From Synechocystis sp. PCC 6803 substr. PCC-P (lineage in GTDB: Bacteria; Cyanobacteriota; Cyanobacteriia; Cyanobacteriales; Microcystaceae), in NCBI RefSeq assembly GCF_000284455.1, contig NC_017039.1, forward strand, positions 270,001-302,000: a stretch of DNA of 32,000 bases, in the 5' to 3' direction. The position numbers were made by a program, and so were the translations under genes. The notes below the pieces were generated by a model that saw only the letters and a program-made list of their open reading frames with translations, was not told the origin of the DNA and ran no database searches. This document shows, one piece after another, positions 19,322 to 28,972 of the stretch. Position 1 is the first letter of the stretch. The number at the start of each line of letters is the position of its first letter.

Positions 19322-20845
19322 ATGGTCCCTAGCAATGCTGAATCTCAATCCGTAGTTGTAATTGGTGCTGGCATTGGTGGTCTGACAACGGCGGCCCTGT
19401 TAGCCCAACAGGGTTATCGAGTCAAAGTTTATGAACAGGCGGCCATAGTGGGGGGTTGTGCATCCACCTTTCGGCGACGGGGTTTTATTTTCGATGTGGG
19501 GGCCACCCAGGTGGCGGGCCTAGAGCCAGGGGGAATTCACCACCGCATTTTCCGCCAGTTGCAAGTGGATTTGCCGGAAGCAACCCTGTGCGATCCCGCC
19601 TGTGCAGTTTTTTTGCCAGGGGAAAAGCAACCGATTAACGTTTGGCATGATCCTGAGCGATGGCAAAGGGAAAGGGAACAGCAATTTCCAGGGAGTGGCA
19701 GATTTTGGCAGTTGCTACAAACGTTGTTCCAAATTAGTTGGCGTTTCCAGGGGCGAGATCCTGTATTGCCCCCCCGCAGTATGTGGGATTTGGGCCAGTT
19801 GTTGGGGGCATTGCGGCCGGATACCCTACTCACGGCTCCCTTTGTGCCTCTCACGGTGGGGGATACCCTCCGATTATTGGGTTTGGGGTCAGACCAAAGG
19901 TTAAAAACTTTTCTTGATTTACAGTTAAAACTCTATTCCCAGGTGGGGGCTGATGAGACAGCTTTGTTATACGCCGCTACGGCCTTGAGCGTTTCCCAAG
20001 GGCCCCAGGGTCTATGGCATCTCCAGGGCAGTATGCAAACCCTAGGCGATCGCCTGGTGGAAGCGCTGAAAAACCATGGAGGGGAATTATTTTGCAGTCA
20101 GCGAGTAGAGCAGATCCATTGTGGCCAAGGCTATGTAGAGGGGGTGACGGTGCGGGACGTAAGGAGCGGAGAAGTACGTCAAGAAAAAGCCCAGCAGGTG
20201 GTGGCCAATTTAACGGTGCAGAATTTACTCCAAGCACTAGATCAACCATTACCCGGTTATCAAAAAAGAGTGACTAATTTACCCTCGGGCTCGGGTGCTT
20301 TTGTCATCTATTTAGGCGTCAAGGAAGATGCCATTCCCCCAGACTGTGCTCCCCATCTACAGTTTTTGTACGATCACCAAGGCCCCATTGGCGAAAATAA
20401 TTCTCTCTTTGTCAGTGTTAGTAAACCAGGGGATGGCCGGGCTCCCCGGGGCTGTAGAACTGTAATTGCTTCTTCCTTCACCGACGTGGCCCCCTGGTGG
20501 AATGCTTCCCGGGAACAATATCAGGCTCTCAAGGAAAGTTACACAACCACGGCGATCTCCAGATTGGGAGAATATTTCAATTTGGATGAATCCACCATTG
20601 TTCACCAAGAAAGTGCCACTCCCCGCACATTTGACCGTTACACTGCCCGGGACCAAGGCATCGTCGGCGGAGTAGGCCAGCGTTTGACCACCTTTGGGCC
20701 CTTTGGCTTTGCTCCCCGTACCCCCATTCGTAACCTTTGGCTAGTGGGGGATTCCGTGCATCCGGGGGAAGGCACCGCTGGGGTAAGTTACAGCGCCCTC
20801 ACCATTGCCCGGCAAATTTGTGCCAGTGGAGCAACAAACTCCTAG
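19322..20845 (+). CDS. crtD: Carotenoid desaturase of the CrtD/CrtH-like family (C-3',4' desaturase likely)
   Basis: VVIGAGIGGLTTAALLAQQGYRVKVYEQAAIVGGCAST dinucleotide-binding motif and C-terminal NLWLVGDSVHPGEGTAGVSYSALTIARQI. CrtD specificity rests on the recalled Synechocystis gene neighbourhood. Confidence 0.85.
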   Translation: MVPSNAESQSVVVIGAGIGGLTTAALLAQQGYRVKVYEQAAIVGGCASTFRRRGFIFDVGATQVAGLEPGGIHHRIFRQLQVDLPEATLCDPACAVFLPGEKQPINVWHDPERWQREREQQFPGSGRFWQLLQTLFQISWRFQGRDPVLPPRSMWDLGQLLGALRPDTLLTAPFVPLTVGDTLRLLGLGSDQRLKTFLDLQLKLYSQVGADETALLYAATALSVSQGPQGLWHLQGSMQTLGDRLVEALKNHGGELFCSQRVEQIHCGQGYVEGVTVRDVRSGEVRQEKAQQVVANLTVQNLLQALDQPLPGYQKRVTNLPSGSGAFVIYLGVKEDAIPPDCAPHLQFLYDHQGPIGENNSLFVSVSKPGDGRAPRGCRTVIASSFTDVAPWWNASREQYQALKESYTTTAISRLGEYFNLDESTIVHQESATPRTFDRYTARDQGIVGGVGQRLTTFGPFGFAPRTPIRNLWLVGDSVHPGEGTAGVSYSALTIARQICASGATNS

Positions 20846-20901
20846 GGTCGGGTTAAGATGGGGAGAAATTGTTCATTGCTATCGATATCACCATTGCCAC
20901 T

Positions 20902-21174
20902 ATGGACCTACTCCTTTCTACCCTCGTCAGCTTCATCAACATTTACCTGGTGTTGTTATTTGTCCGTATTTTGCTGTCCTGGTTTCAAACTGCGGAGTGG
21001 GCTGGCAACATCATGGGCTTTCTCAGCCCCGTGACCGATCCCTATTTAAATATTTTCCGCTCCTTTATCCCGCCCCTGGGAGGCATTGATTTTTCCCCCA
21101 TTCTGGCCATTTTTGCGTTGCAGTTTCTCCAACAGGCCCTCAGCAGTGTGGCGGGTCCCTACGCTGGCTTCTAA
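20902..21174 (+). CDS. YggT/Ycf19 family membrane protein
   Basis: VRILLSWFQTAEW...GFLSPVTDPYLNIFRSFIPPLGGIDFSPILAIFALQFLQQAL; track ORF begins at 20869, likely start ATG at 20902. Confidence 0.85.
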   Translation: MDLLLSTLVSFINIYLVLLFVRILLSWFQTAEWAGNIMGFLSPVTDPYLNIFRSFIPPLGGIDFSPILAIFALQFLQQALSSVAGPYAGF

Positions 21175-21625
21175 TTGACATAATTCCGGTGGCTAAAAAT
21201 CTGATTGGTGGTTAGAGGCCCCAACCTCCAGTTCCACTGACCATGGTTCACAAATCTTCCCTCTGTTACGCCAGGGGGATTTTATTTGTCCAGGTTACTA
21301 TTAATAATAAATTTTGTTAGTGAGTAGAGATTTCCATCAGCTAGAGCTATGACAACCCAGGGTAAAGGGGAGTATTACCAAAGTTGAGACTCGGCTAAAT
21401 TTTTCTTCCTAATCCTTGAAAGTCAAGCAGTATAAACTTTTAAGATCCTTTGCGCCCAATCAGAAAGATTTTTTCCTCAGGTTTTACGAGCAAAATAATA
21501 AGATTTATTTATGTCGTTTGGTTGAAGACCTAATTAAATAATCAGAAAATTACTCATTATATCTCCACTGCTGATAAAATTATTGAGAATTACTTTTATT
21601 AGAGGAGTGAAAAAGTTCAGCCACC

Positions 21626-22708
21626 ATGGTCCAAAAGTTATCCCGTCGCCTATTTTTGTCCATTGGAACCGCCTTCACCGTTGTGGTGGGTTCCCAGTTG
21701 CTCAGTAGCTGTGGCCAATCCCCTGATGCCCCGATCGCCGACACACCAGGGGAACAGCAGGAGATCAATTTATATTCATCCCGGCACTACAACACCGACA
21801 ACGAACTGTACGCCAAATTCACCGCAGAAACGGGCATCAAAGTTAACCTGATTGAAGGTAAGGCAGACGAACTGCTGGAACGGATTAAGTCTGAAGGGGC
21901 CAACAGTCCGGCGGATGTGCTCCTCACAGTGGATTTGGCTCGTTTATGGCGGGCCGAAGAGGACGGCATTTTTCAGCCGGTGCAAAGCGAGATTTTAGAG
22001 ACTAATGTCCCGGAATATCTCCGCTCCCCGGACGGGATGTGGTTTGGTTTCACTAAGCGGGCCCGGGTGATTATGTATAACAAGGGGAAAGTTAAACCGG
22101 AGGAGTTGTCCACCTACGAAGAACTAGCCGATCCCAAATGGAAAGGTCGGGTGATTATCCGTTCCTCCAGCAATGAATATAATCAATCCCTGGTGGCTTC
22201 CTTGGTGGTAGCTGATGGGGAAGAGTCCACCTTGGCATGGGCTAAGGGCTTCGTCAGCAATTTTGCTAGGGAACCCCAGGGCAATGACACAGCCCAAATT
22301 GAAGCAGTGTCTTCCGGCGAAGCGGATTTGACCTTAGCCAATACCTATTACATGGGGCGGCTCCTGGAAAGTGAAGATCCGGCCCAAAAGGCGATCGCCG
22401 AAAATGTGGGGGTATTTTTTCCCAACCAGGAAGGGCGGGGTACCCACGTCAATGTCAGTGGTGTGGGCGTAGTCAAAACTGCCCCTAATCGGGAGGGAGC
22501 GGTCAAGTTTATTGAATTTCTGGTCAGCGAACCGGCCCAGGCATTTTTAGCACAAAATAACTACGAATACCCGGTTTTGGCTGGGGTTCCCCTGAATAAA
22601 TCTGTGGCTTCCTTTGGGGAATTTAAGTCTGACACCACCAGTTTGGACAAGTTGGGCCCTGCCCTAGCCCCTGCTACCAAAATCATGAACGAAGCAGGCT
22701 GGAAGTAG
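21626..22708 (+). CDS. futA1: Periplasmic iron(III)-binding protein of the FutA/IdiA family
   Basis: Twin-arginine leader SRRLFLSIG, lipobox-like LLSSCG, INLYSSRHYNTDNELYAKF, TLANTYYMGRLLES, EFLVSEPAQAFLAQNNYEYPV. Confidence 0.92.
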   Translation: MVQKLSRRLFLSIGTAFTVVVGSQLLSSCGQSPDAPIADTPGEQQEINLYSSRHYNTDNELYAKFTAETGIKVNLIEGKADELLERIKSEGANSPADVLLTVDLARLWRAEEDGIFQPVQSEILETNVPEYLRSPDGMWFGFTKRARVIMYNKGKVKPEELSTYEELADPKWKGRVIIRSSSNEYNQSLVASLVVADGEESTLAWAKGFVSNFAREPQGNDTAQIEAVSSGEADLTLANTYYMGRLLESEDPAQKAIAENVGVFFPNQEGRGTHVNVSGVGVVKTAPNREGAVKFIEFLVSEPAQAFLAQNNYEYPVLAGVPLNKSVASFGEFKSDTTSLDKLGPALAPATKIMNEAGWK

Positions 22709-22789
22709 GATTCCAAGGTCCATTGGCAATGGTTGAGGAAAGCATTCGCTCTAATTCTTAGCCATTGTCATCGGGCTACCGATTAGCCC

Positions 22790-23494
22790 TCATGGGGAAG
22801 GCTGTCGATCTTGCCATTTTTGCCACAAATCCGGCCGCCTCTGTTGGGTTCGTTCCTCCTGCTGTTCCAATCGCCATTGGGCGATCGCCTGGTGGTTGCC
22901 GGAAAGTAACACTGGGGGCACGGCCAAGCCCCGGAACACTGGCGGCCTGGTGTAGTGGGGATAATCCAACAGATCGGTGCTAAAACTCTCAGCGATTAAA
23001 GATGCTTCTTTGCCCACGGTGCCGGGTAGTAAACGGATGACACCATTAATTAAAGTTAAAGCGGGAATTTCGCCACAGGTGAGCACAAAATCCCCCAGGG
23101 AAACCTCCCTTGTCACCAGTTGGCAGACTCTTTCGTCCACCCCTTCGTAATGGCCACAGATCAACACCAATTGGTCATAGTTCGTCAATTCCCGAAACAA
23201 AGCCTGGTCCATGGGCTGTCCCTGGGGAGTCATTAAAATCACTTCCCGTTTGGACAGTACTGGCAACGATTCCACCGCCGCAAAAATAGGCTCTGGTTTG
23301 ATCACCATACCCACCCCACCGCCGTAGGGTTCATCATCCACCCGGCGATGTTTATCCGTGGTGAAATCCCTGGGGTTAATCAAATTAACGCTGGCGATCG
23401 CCTTTTCGAGGGCTTTACCTAGAAGGCCAGATTGCAGGGGAGAAGTAAAAAAATCAGGAAACAGGGTGAGAACGTCAAACTGCACAGAGGGCAA
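22790..23494 (-). CDS. trmD: tRNA (guanine-N1)-methyltransferase
   Basis: FDVLTLFPDFF, DDEPYGGGVGMVIKPEP, LVLICGHYEGVDERV, LSGNHQAIAQWR. The start codon is TTG (23492-23494), preceded in frame by TAA at 23501-23503. Confidence 0.95.
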   Translation of the reverse strand: MPSVQFDVLTLFPDFFTSPLQSGLLGKALEKAIASVNLINPRDFTTDKHRRVDDEPYGGGVGMVIKPEPIFAAVESLPVLSKREVILMTPQGQPMDQALFRELTNYDQLVLICGHYEGVDERVCQLVTREVSLGDFVLTCGEIPALTLINGVIRLLPGTVGKEASLIAESFSTDLLDYPHYTRPPVFRGLAVPPVLLSGNHQAIAQWRLEQQEERTQQRRPDLWQKWQDRQPSP

Positions 23495-23495
23495 A

Positions 23496-23669
23496 TCAAA
23501 TTAGATCAAACTGGTGACACACCATACCACAAACACTGGCGATCGCCGTGATCATCAAAGCAACAAAGGGGTCTTGCCCCTGATTAACGGCAAAGGAAGT
23601 CACAATGCCTGCCCCCAGGGCGGAAACCAAACCAGCGCTGATTAAATCTTTGTTGGAACGATCAAACAT
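23496..23669 (-). CDS. 57-aa small hydrophobic protein
   Basis: ATG (23669) to TGA (23496): MFDRSNKDLISAGLVSALGAGIVTSFAVNQGQDPFVALMITAIASVCGMVCHQFDLI. Below the track's length cutoff; one base separates it from the trmD start. Confidence 0.5.
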   Translation of the reverse strand: MFDRSNKDLISAGLVSALGAGIVTSFAVNQGQDPFVALMITAIASVCGMVCHQFDLI

Positions 23670-23877
23670 GATTTTTAACCCCCACCCCTTAGTTATTGAT
23701 CCGATTAATTAAAGTTATGGAAAAATTTCGTTTTACAACGTATCACTCCCCCGGGGGAAAAGGGAGAGAAAGGGCGGTTTTTGCAACTAAGCTTTAACAT
23801 CCGCCACATTTCTTTACAATTGCGCTGCTTTATCGGGGAAATATGGCCCAGATCGCCAGTTAGGAACTGCTAGGAAC

Positions 23878-24963
23878 TTAATCGTTACCAAGGCAAATGC
23901 CCAATCCCCGCGCAGTTTTCACCAAGGTGCCGTCCAACTGCACCGTTTGATAGGTTTGGATGGCTTCCTCAATGGGCACACTAATGGTTTGACGATTGCG
24001 CCAGGCCACCATGTGGTCGAATTTGCCTTCCGCAATCAAGTCCACCGCCGCGACCCCAAACACACTCCCCAACAGGCGATCGAAAGGTGAAGGAATGCCC
24101 CCCCGTTGGATGTGGCCCAGCACAGTGACTCTGGTTTCTGCTCCAGTGCGTTGGGCAATTTGTTCCGCAATGTATTTACCAATGCCGCCGTAGCGGTCTT
24201 CGCCAAACTGTTGGATTTGCTTGACCTGATCGCCCAATTCTGTCCGCACCGCTTCCGACACCATAACCAGGCAAAAGTTTTTCCCCTCGGCCTGCCGTTG
24301 ACGAATTTTATTGCACACACTTTGGATGCGGTAGGGAATTTCAGGAATGAGAATAATGTCCGCCCCTCCCCCAATGCCGGCGGCCAGGGCAATGTGGCCC
24401 GCATCCCTACCCATCACTTCTAGCACCATGACCCGGTTATGGCTAGCGGCGGTGAAATGCAAACGATCCAAGGCTTCGGTGGCAATGTTGGTGGCGGTGT
24501 CGAAACCAATGGAAATTTCCGTTGCCCCCACATCATTGTCAATGGTTTTGGGAATGCCCACTAAGTTGATGCCCCCCTGTTGGGCTATGCGGCGCAAAAT
24601 GGCTAAACTACCGTCTCCGCCAATGCCAATGAGAGCGTCAAGCCCCAACTGACGATAACCGGCAATAATATCTTCGGTGCGGTCCCGCACAGTGCCGTCG
24701 GCCATGGGAAAAGCGAACGGATTACCCTTATTGGTGGTGCCTAAAAAGGTACCTCCCATCATTAACAAATGGTCAATGTTATCCCGGTGCAGGGCGATCG
24801 CCTTGGAGGGATTTTCCATTAGTCCCTGGGTGGCTTCTTGAATGCCAATTACTTCCCAACCGTAGGTGCCAATGGCATGGTGTACCACGGAGCGAATTAC
24901 GGCGTTTAGTCCGGCACAGTCTCCTCCACTGGTTAAAATACCAATGCGTTTAATTTCCCCCAT
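23878..24963 (-). CDS. pfkA: 6-phosphofructokinase
   Basis: ILTSGGDCAGLNAVIR, IGGDGSLAILRR, GIPKTIDNDVGATEISIGFDTA, EVMGRDAGHIALAAGI, VLGHIQRGGIPSPFDR. Confidence 0.96.
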   Translation of the reverse strand: MGEIKRIGILTSGGDCAGLNAVIRSVVHHAIGTYGWEVIGIQEATQGLMENPSKAIALHRDNIDHLLMMGGTFLGTTNKGNPFAFPMADGTVRDRTEDIIAGYRQLGLDALIGIGGDGSLAILRRIAQQGGINLVGIPKTIDNDVGATEISIGFDTATNIATEALDRLHFTAASHNRVMVLEVMGRDAGHIALAAGIGGGADIILIPEIPYRIQSVCNKIRQRQAEGKNFCLVMVSEAVRTELGDQVKQIQQFGEDRYGGIGKYIAEQIAQRTGAETRVTVLGHIQRGGIPSPFDRLLGSVFGVAAVDLIAEGKFDHMVAWRNRQTISVPIEEAIQTYQTVQLDGTLVKTARGLGICLGND

Positions 24964-25075
24964 GGTTTTCCTTGCCGATATAGTTCTGTTTTATTTGTAG
25001 AAGCAAATCGAATCAGCAAAACTTCTTTGTGAGAATTCTTAAAATTGTCCTCAATCCTTAACCTACTTTTAACTG

Positions 25076-27343
25076 ATGCTGGCTAAGCTCCGCCAACGCC
25101 TTGCTTTTTTAACCCGTACCAATGGGACTATTGATTGGGGTAGGGGCATTCGTACTTTTTGCGGCATGGCAGTCCCCTATCTGGGGGGCATGGCCCTGGG
25201 AAATCCCCAACTAGGTTTGGGCGTTGGTTTAGCTTCCCAATTAATTTTATTAGCGGACATGGGGGGACTATATTCCGTCCGTTTGAAGACTATTTTCGGG
25301 GCCTGGGTCGGGGCGGCGATCGCCATGGCAGTGGGAACTATAGTGCCCGATGGTTGGGGTTTAGGGCTAGCAATAACGGGCTTCGTTTTATTTGCTAGCG
25401 GTTATCTAGCGGTTTATGGGGAGCAGGGAGCCATGGTGGGCATTGTCACCACCTTTGCTTTTCTCCTCGGTGCCCAAAATGTCAGTACCGATTCCTTTGA
25501 ATTTACCTCCCTGGCGATCGGGGGAATGTGGAGCTTGATATTAGCTATTTTCATTTGGCCCTTCCGTCCCAATCAACCTTTGCGGCAAATGGTTGCCAAC
25601 AATTACAGCATTTTAGGCAATTATCTCCGGGCCATGGCCGCCGCTAACTTTAGTCCCGATGACCCCCAAGCTCAGCAATTGGTGGTCAAACTGCGTCAAA
25701 ACTTGCTTAAATCTCGGCAAACTCTGGTGGCCAGCCAGCGAGGATTATGGGGACAAAGTAAATTAAGGGAATTATTATTAGTTTTAATCGAGCATACGGA
25801 AAGATTAAATAAATGCCTAATGTTGCTCAATGAAATTGTTAATTTCCACAATCTACCCCAATTACAAACAGTGGAAATCCTAATGGAAGATGCGTTTAAT
25901 GCTCTGGGGGAAGTTTGCTTAGATTTAGGACAAATGGTGCTAGGCAAAAGACGCATTCCTAACACTAACCGTTTGCAACTATTAGTGCAAGCATTGCAAC
26001 AGCAAAAAAAATTACAACGGCAGGCTCTCACAGAGGATTTTAACGACTACAACAGTTTAACCACCGTAACCCAATTGGTTAACCATTTAGAAAACCTGAT
26101 CAAACAATTAGAGCAAACCATTCAAACCGCGGAACTTTTACAAAATCCCCAACTTTTTTCCGATAATAATTCCAATGATCAAGGAAAACTAAATAAAGTT
26201 AGGCTTATGCCTTGGTGGGACCCCCTAGGGAGTAATTTTCACCTTAACTCGCCTTTGTTACGCCATGGTTTGCGCATGGCATTGGGGGGTATGGTGGGGG
26301 CAACAATTGCCCATCTAACTCAAATTCCCTACGGTTTTTGGATTGTTATAACGCTAATTTTTGTGCTCAAGCCGGATTTTAGTTTAACTTTTCAAAGGTT
26401 ATCCAATCGTCTTTTAGGCACTTTTTTAGGGGTATTAGTAATGTCCATTGCCCTCAAGCTCATTCAAGACCCCCAATTGCTCAGTTGGCTGGGAATTTTG
26501 GCGATCGCCATGGGGATGGCCCTGTTGAGATTTCACTACAGTGTGGCGGTCTTTTTTATCACAGCTTTTGCTTTAATTCTTAAGGCCATTGATCCGTCGG
26601 TGCCCACGGAATATGCCCTCCTTTCCCGCCTGGTTTGTACCCTCATTGGCAGCGCCATTGCCCTAGGTTTAGCCTTTAGTTTTCTGCGGCAATCGGAAAA
26701 TTTACGCTTCACCCAGGCCAGTGTCAGAATGCTAACTAATCTGGAGCAATATTTTCAGCAATTAATCCCCGCCCTACTGGGAAAAGAGTCAATTAACAAA
26801 AAAGAAGCAGAAAGGGTACGCAATGAAACTCGGTTAGCAGCCACCGCCATGCAGATTGCCCTGGATCGCTTACTCAGTGACCCCAGCACTCCCCTGGAAA
26901 AACAAGAGCCAGCCTTGACCATGACCAATTATCTAGCCCGCTTAAGTAGGGGTTTTCGGGTTTTGATCAGTCATTTGGAAAATAGCTCCGGCAGTAATCC
27001 CCCGCCCCCCATTAAGTTATTTACCGAGCAAGTACAACAAAGTTTGGAAAATTTACGCTTTTCCCTGGAGCACCAATCATCACCAGCGGCTTTGCCCCCC
27101 ATGGCCACCACCATTAAAGAAATCCGGGAATATCACCAGAGTTATCAAGCCCAAAGAATTACGGAAATTAATCAAAAACAAGACTTTACTCCCACCCGCC
27201 GTTATTTGGACGATTTTAATTTGGTGGTGGAGGAATGCCAACAAATTTACCAACGCCTGGAAACTATCCACTCGGCGATCGCCAGATTTACCGATAGCCC
27301 CCAACTGGCCAATGGAATCAAACTCAAAAGTCAGCCCAGTTGA
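25076..27343 (+). CDS. FUSC-family (aromatic acid exporter-like) membrane protein
   Basis: Duplicated TM blocks (GMAVPYLGGMALGNPQLGLGVGLASQ...; GLRMALGGMVGATIAHLTQIPYGFWIVITLIFVLKPDFSLTFQRLSNRLLGTFLGVL) typical of FUSC/YccS proteins. Confidence 0.88.
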   Translation: MLAKLRQRLAFLTRTNGTIDWGRGIRTFCGMAVPYLGGMALGNPQLGLGVGLASQLILLADMGGLYSVRLKTIFGAWVGAAIAMAVGTIVPDGWGLGLAITGFVLFASGYLAVYGEQGAMVGIVTTFAFLLGAQNVSTDSFEFTSLAIGGMWSLILAIFIWPFRPNQPLRQMVANNYSILGNYLRAMAAANFSPDDPQAQQLVVKLRQNLLKSRQTLVASQRGLWGQSKLRELLLVLIEHTERLNKCLMLLNEIVNFHNLPQLQTVEILMEDAFNALGEVCLDLGQMVLGKRRIPNTNRLQLLVQALQQQKKLQRQALTEDFNDYNSLTTVTQLVNHLENLIKQLEQTIQTAELLQNPQLFSDNNSNDQGKLNKVRLMPWWDPLGSNFHLNSPLLRHGLRMALGGMVGATIAHLTQIPYGFWIVITLIFVLKPDFSLTFQRLSNRLLGTFLGVLVMSIALKLIQDPQLLSWLGILAIAMGMALLRFHYSVAVFFITAFALILKAIDPSVPTEYALLSRLVCTLIGSAIALGLAFSFLRQSENLRFTQASVRMLTNLEQYFQQLIPALLGKESINKKEAERVRNETRLAATAMQIALDRLLSDPSTPLEKQEPALTMTNYLARLSRGFRVLISHLENSSGSNPPPPIKLFTEQVQQSLENLRFSLEHQSSPAALPPMATTIKEIREYHQSYQAQRITEINQKQDFTPTRRYLDDFNLVVEECQQIYQRLETIHSAIARFTDSPQLANGIKLKSQPS

Positions 27344-27492
27344 GCAATGTAAATGAGGAAATGAGGCAACAACAAAAAACCACCCCAAACAAGGCAAAGT
27401 TCAGAGCGGTGTGGATATTTATGGAATTGGGGAAGTCAATAATTGCCCTATCTAGACAATGAATAATGGCTAGACCGCAATCAGTGGGAGTT

Positions 27493-27888
27493 TTAGTAAA
27501 CTCCTGGATTAATACGGTCATCGCCAGAAGTTAGCTCAATGCTTGGTTCGGTGACGGTGAAGCTACCCAAATTGGCTTCCAAGCGGCTTTTTTGGGTTTC
27601 ACTCAAACCAGGAATGTCCAAAACTTCCTCTACGGTGTCGTAGGGGGCATTTTTAATGATTTCACTGGCCAAATTGGGATAAAAGCCCCGCAGACCACGA
27701 AAATCCCGAATATCACTATTATTTAAATCAATCTTTTGACCAAAATCCGTGGTCAATTTAGCATCCACAGCGTTTAGTTCAGCCAATATAGGATTGGGAG
27801 TGAGAGCTTGGGCCAAATCCGCTCCCAGAAAACCCATCAGTCCGATCAATAAGCTACACGCAACCAGTAGGCGGGAAATAAATTTCAT
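27493..27888 (-). CDS. psbU: Photosystem II extrinsic protein PsbU (12 kDa)
   Basis: Signal peptide ending ADLAQA, then KIDLNNSDIRDFRGLRGFYPNLASEIIKNAPYDTVEEVLDIPGLSE. Confidence 0.95.
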   Translation of the reverse strand: MKFISRLLVACSLLIGLMGFLGADLAQALTPNPILAELNAVDAKLTTDFGQKIDLNNSDIRDFRGLRGFYPNLASEIIKNAPYDTVEEVLDIPGLSETQKSRLEANLGSFTVTEPSIELTSGDDRINPGVY

Positions 27889-28082
27889 GAATTGTCTCCT
27901 ATAACCAAGGCAATGAATTGTTACTATCTAAGAAAATTATGCCGACTGCGCCGATTTTGGGAGGTCAAACCAGCGCTAATTACAATAGATTGTATATTCT
28001 TGGGGCACGGCTGACCATCTTCCCTGGATTGACTGAGTAATTATACTTATTAGGTTTGCGGTTGGTTTAACCGTTGGAGAGA

Positions 28083-28580
28083 TTAAATACCAATTACATA
28101 TTTTCGCCATTCATGGTTGCGGTCATTGCGAGTATGTTTAATAATTTCAAACAGCAAACTGCTGTAGGGACGCCGGGGGGTATAATTTAGGGACATTTGT
28201 GCTTCCCTAGGGGTACGATTACCCTTCTTGATGTTGCAACGCACACAGGCAGTGACCAGATTTTCCCAACTGTCTCCCCCACCCCGGGAACGGGGAATAA
28301 CGTGGTCTAGGGTGAGTTGTTCACCTTTGTAATTGCAATACTGACAGGTGTGGCGATCGCGCTCCAGTACGTTGCGGCGAGTAAGGGGGATTTCCTTGTA
28401 AGGAACCTTGATATACTGCCGCAGGCGAATCACCGACGGGAGGGGAAAATTGGCGTAGATCAGCTTGCCATTATTTTCCAAAGCTTCGGCCTTATCTTTC
28501 AGCAGTAACACCACCGCCCGTTGCCAATGGGTAATGTTTAAAGGTTCATAGGAAGCGTTGAGGACTAAAACCTTAGCCAT
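28083..28580 (-). CDS. HNH endonuclease family protein
   Basis: RHTCQYCNYKGEQLTLDHVIPRSRGGGDSWENLVTACVRCNIKKGNRTP: classic HNH core with paired CxxC. Confidence 0.93.
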   Translation of the reverse strand: MAKVLVLNASYEPLNITHWQRAVVLLLKDKAEALENNGKLIYANFPLPSVIRLRQYIKVPYKEIPLTRRNVLERDRHTCQYCNYKGEQLTLDHVIPRSRGGGDSWENLVTACVRCNIKKGNRTPREAQMSLNYTPRRPYSSLLFEIIKHTRNDRNHEWRKYVIGI

Positions 28581-28825
28581 GGTCTGCCATCGCTGAATTT
28601 TTTTCCCTAGATGCTAGCACAATCAGCTTTTGGGATTCAGAGGGCTGTTGCTCAGTTAGAACTTTTTTCGATTCTGCTACTAACTCCCTGGAAAAATAGG
28701 CGAGTGTCCCTGGCGGTTGGTTTTGCCATAATCCACCATAGGTGAACCCCCCAACAGCATTGAGTCAGGGGGGACAAAATAGCCAGAGCTAGGCATTAGG
28801 GAATATGGACGGAGGAAACCATCGA

Positions 28826-28972
28826 CTATTCTTCAGTACTGTTTACTAAAATCTCACCGTCAAAGGGTTGAACACCAACAGCGGGATATTCATCATCCGA
28901 AGGGCCAAAAACCCTGGCAAATGCTTCGGTGAAATATTGCATAAGGTCCTGTAGCATCTCAAGTAATTTCAT
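28826..28972 (-). CDS. 48-aa small protein of unknown function
   Basis: MKLLEMLQDLMQYFTEAFARVFGPSDDEYPAVGVQPFDGEILVNSTEE (an additional Met at 28975). GGAGG lies 5 nt upstream of the ATG at 28972. Below the track's length cutoff. Confidence 0.65.
   Translation of the reverse strand: MKLLEMLQDLMQYFTEAFARVFGPSDDEYPAVGVQPFDGEILVNSTEE

Noticed and set aside
22773-22789. Perfect hairpin GGGCTA-CCGAT-TAGCCC between futA1 and trmD, considered as a bidirectional terminator
   Set aside because: Short 6-bp stem with no T tract on either strand, so not reported as a terminator.
24036-24652. Overlapping ORFs (24036-24404 -, 24106-24423 +, 24347-24652 +) within pfkA
   Set aside because: The pfkA frame carries all conserved phosphofructokinase motifs; the others are shadow frames.
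25696-26031. 111-aa Cys/Asn-rich minus-strand ORF inside the FUSC gene
   Set aside because: Antisense to a strongly supported membrane protein gene; composition is an artefact of reversed Gln/Leu-rich coding.
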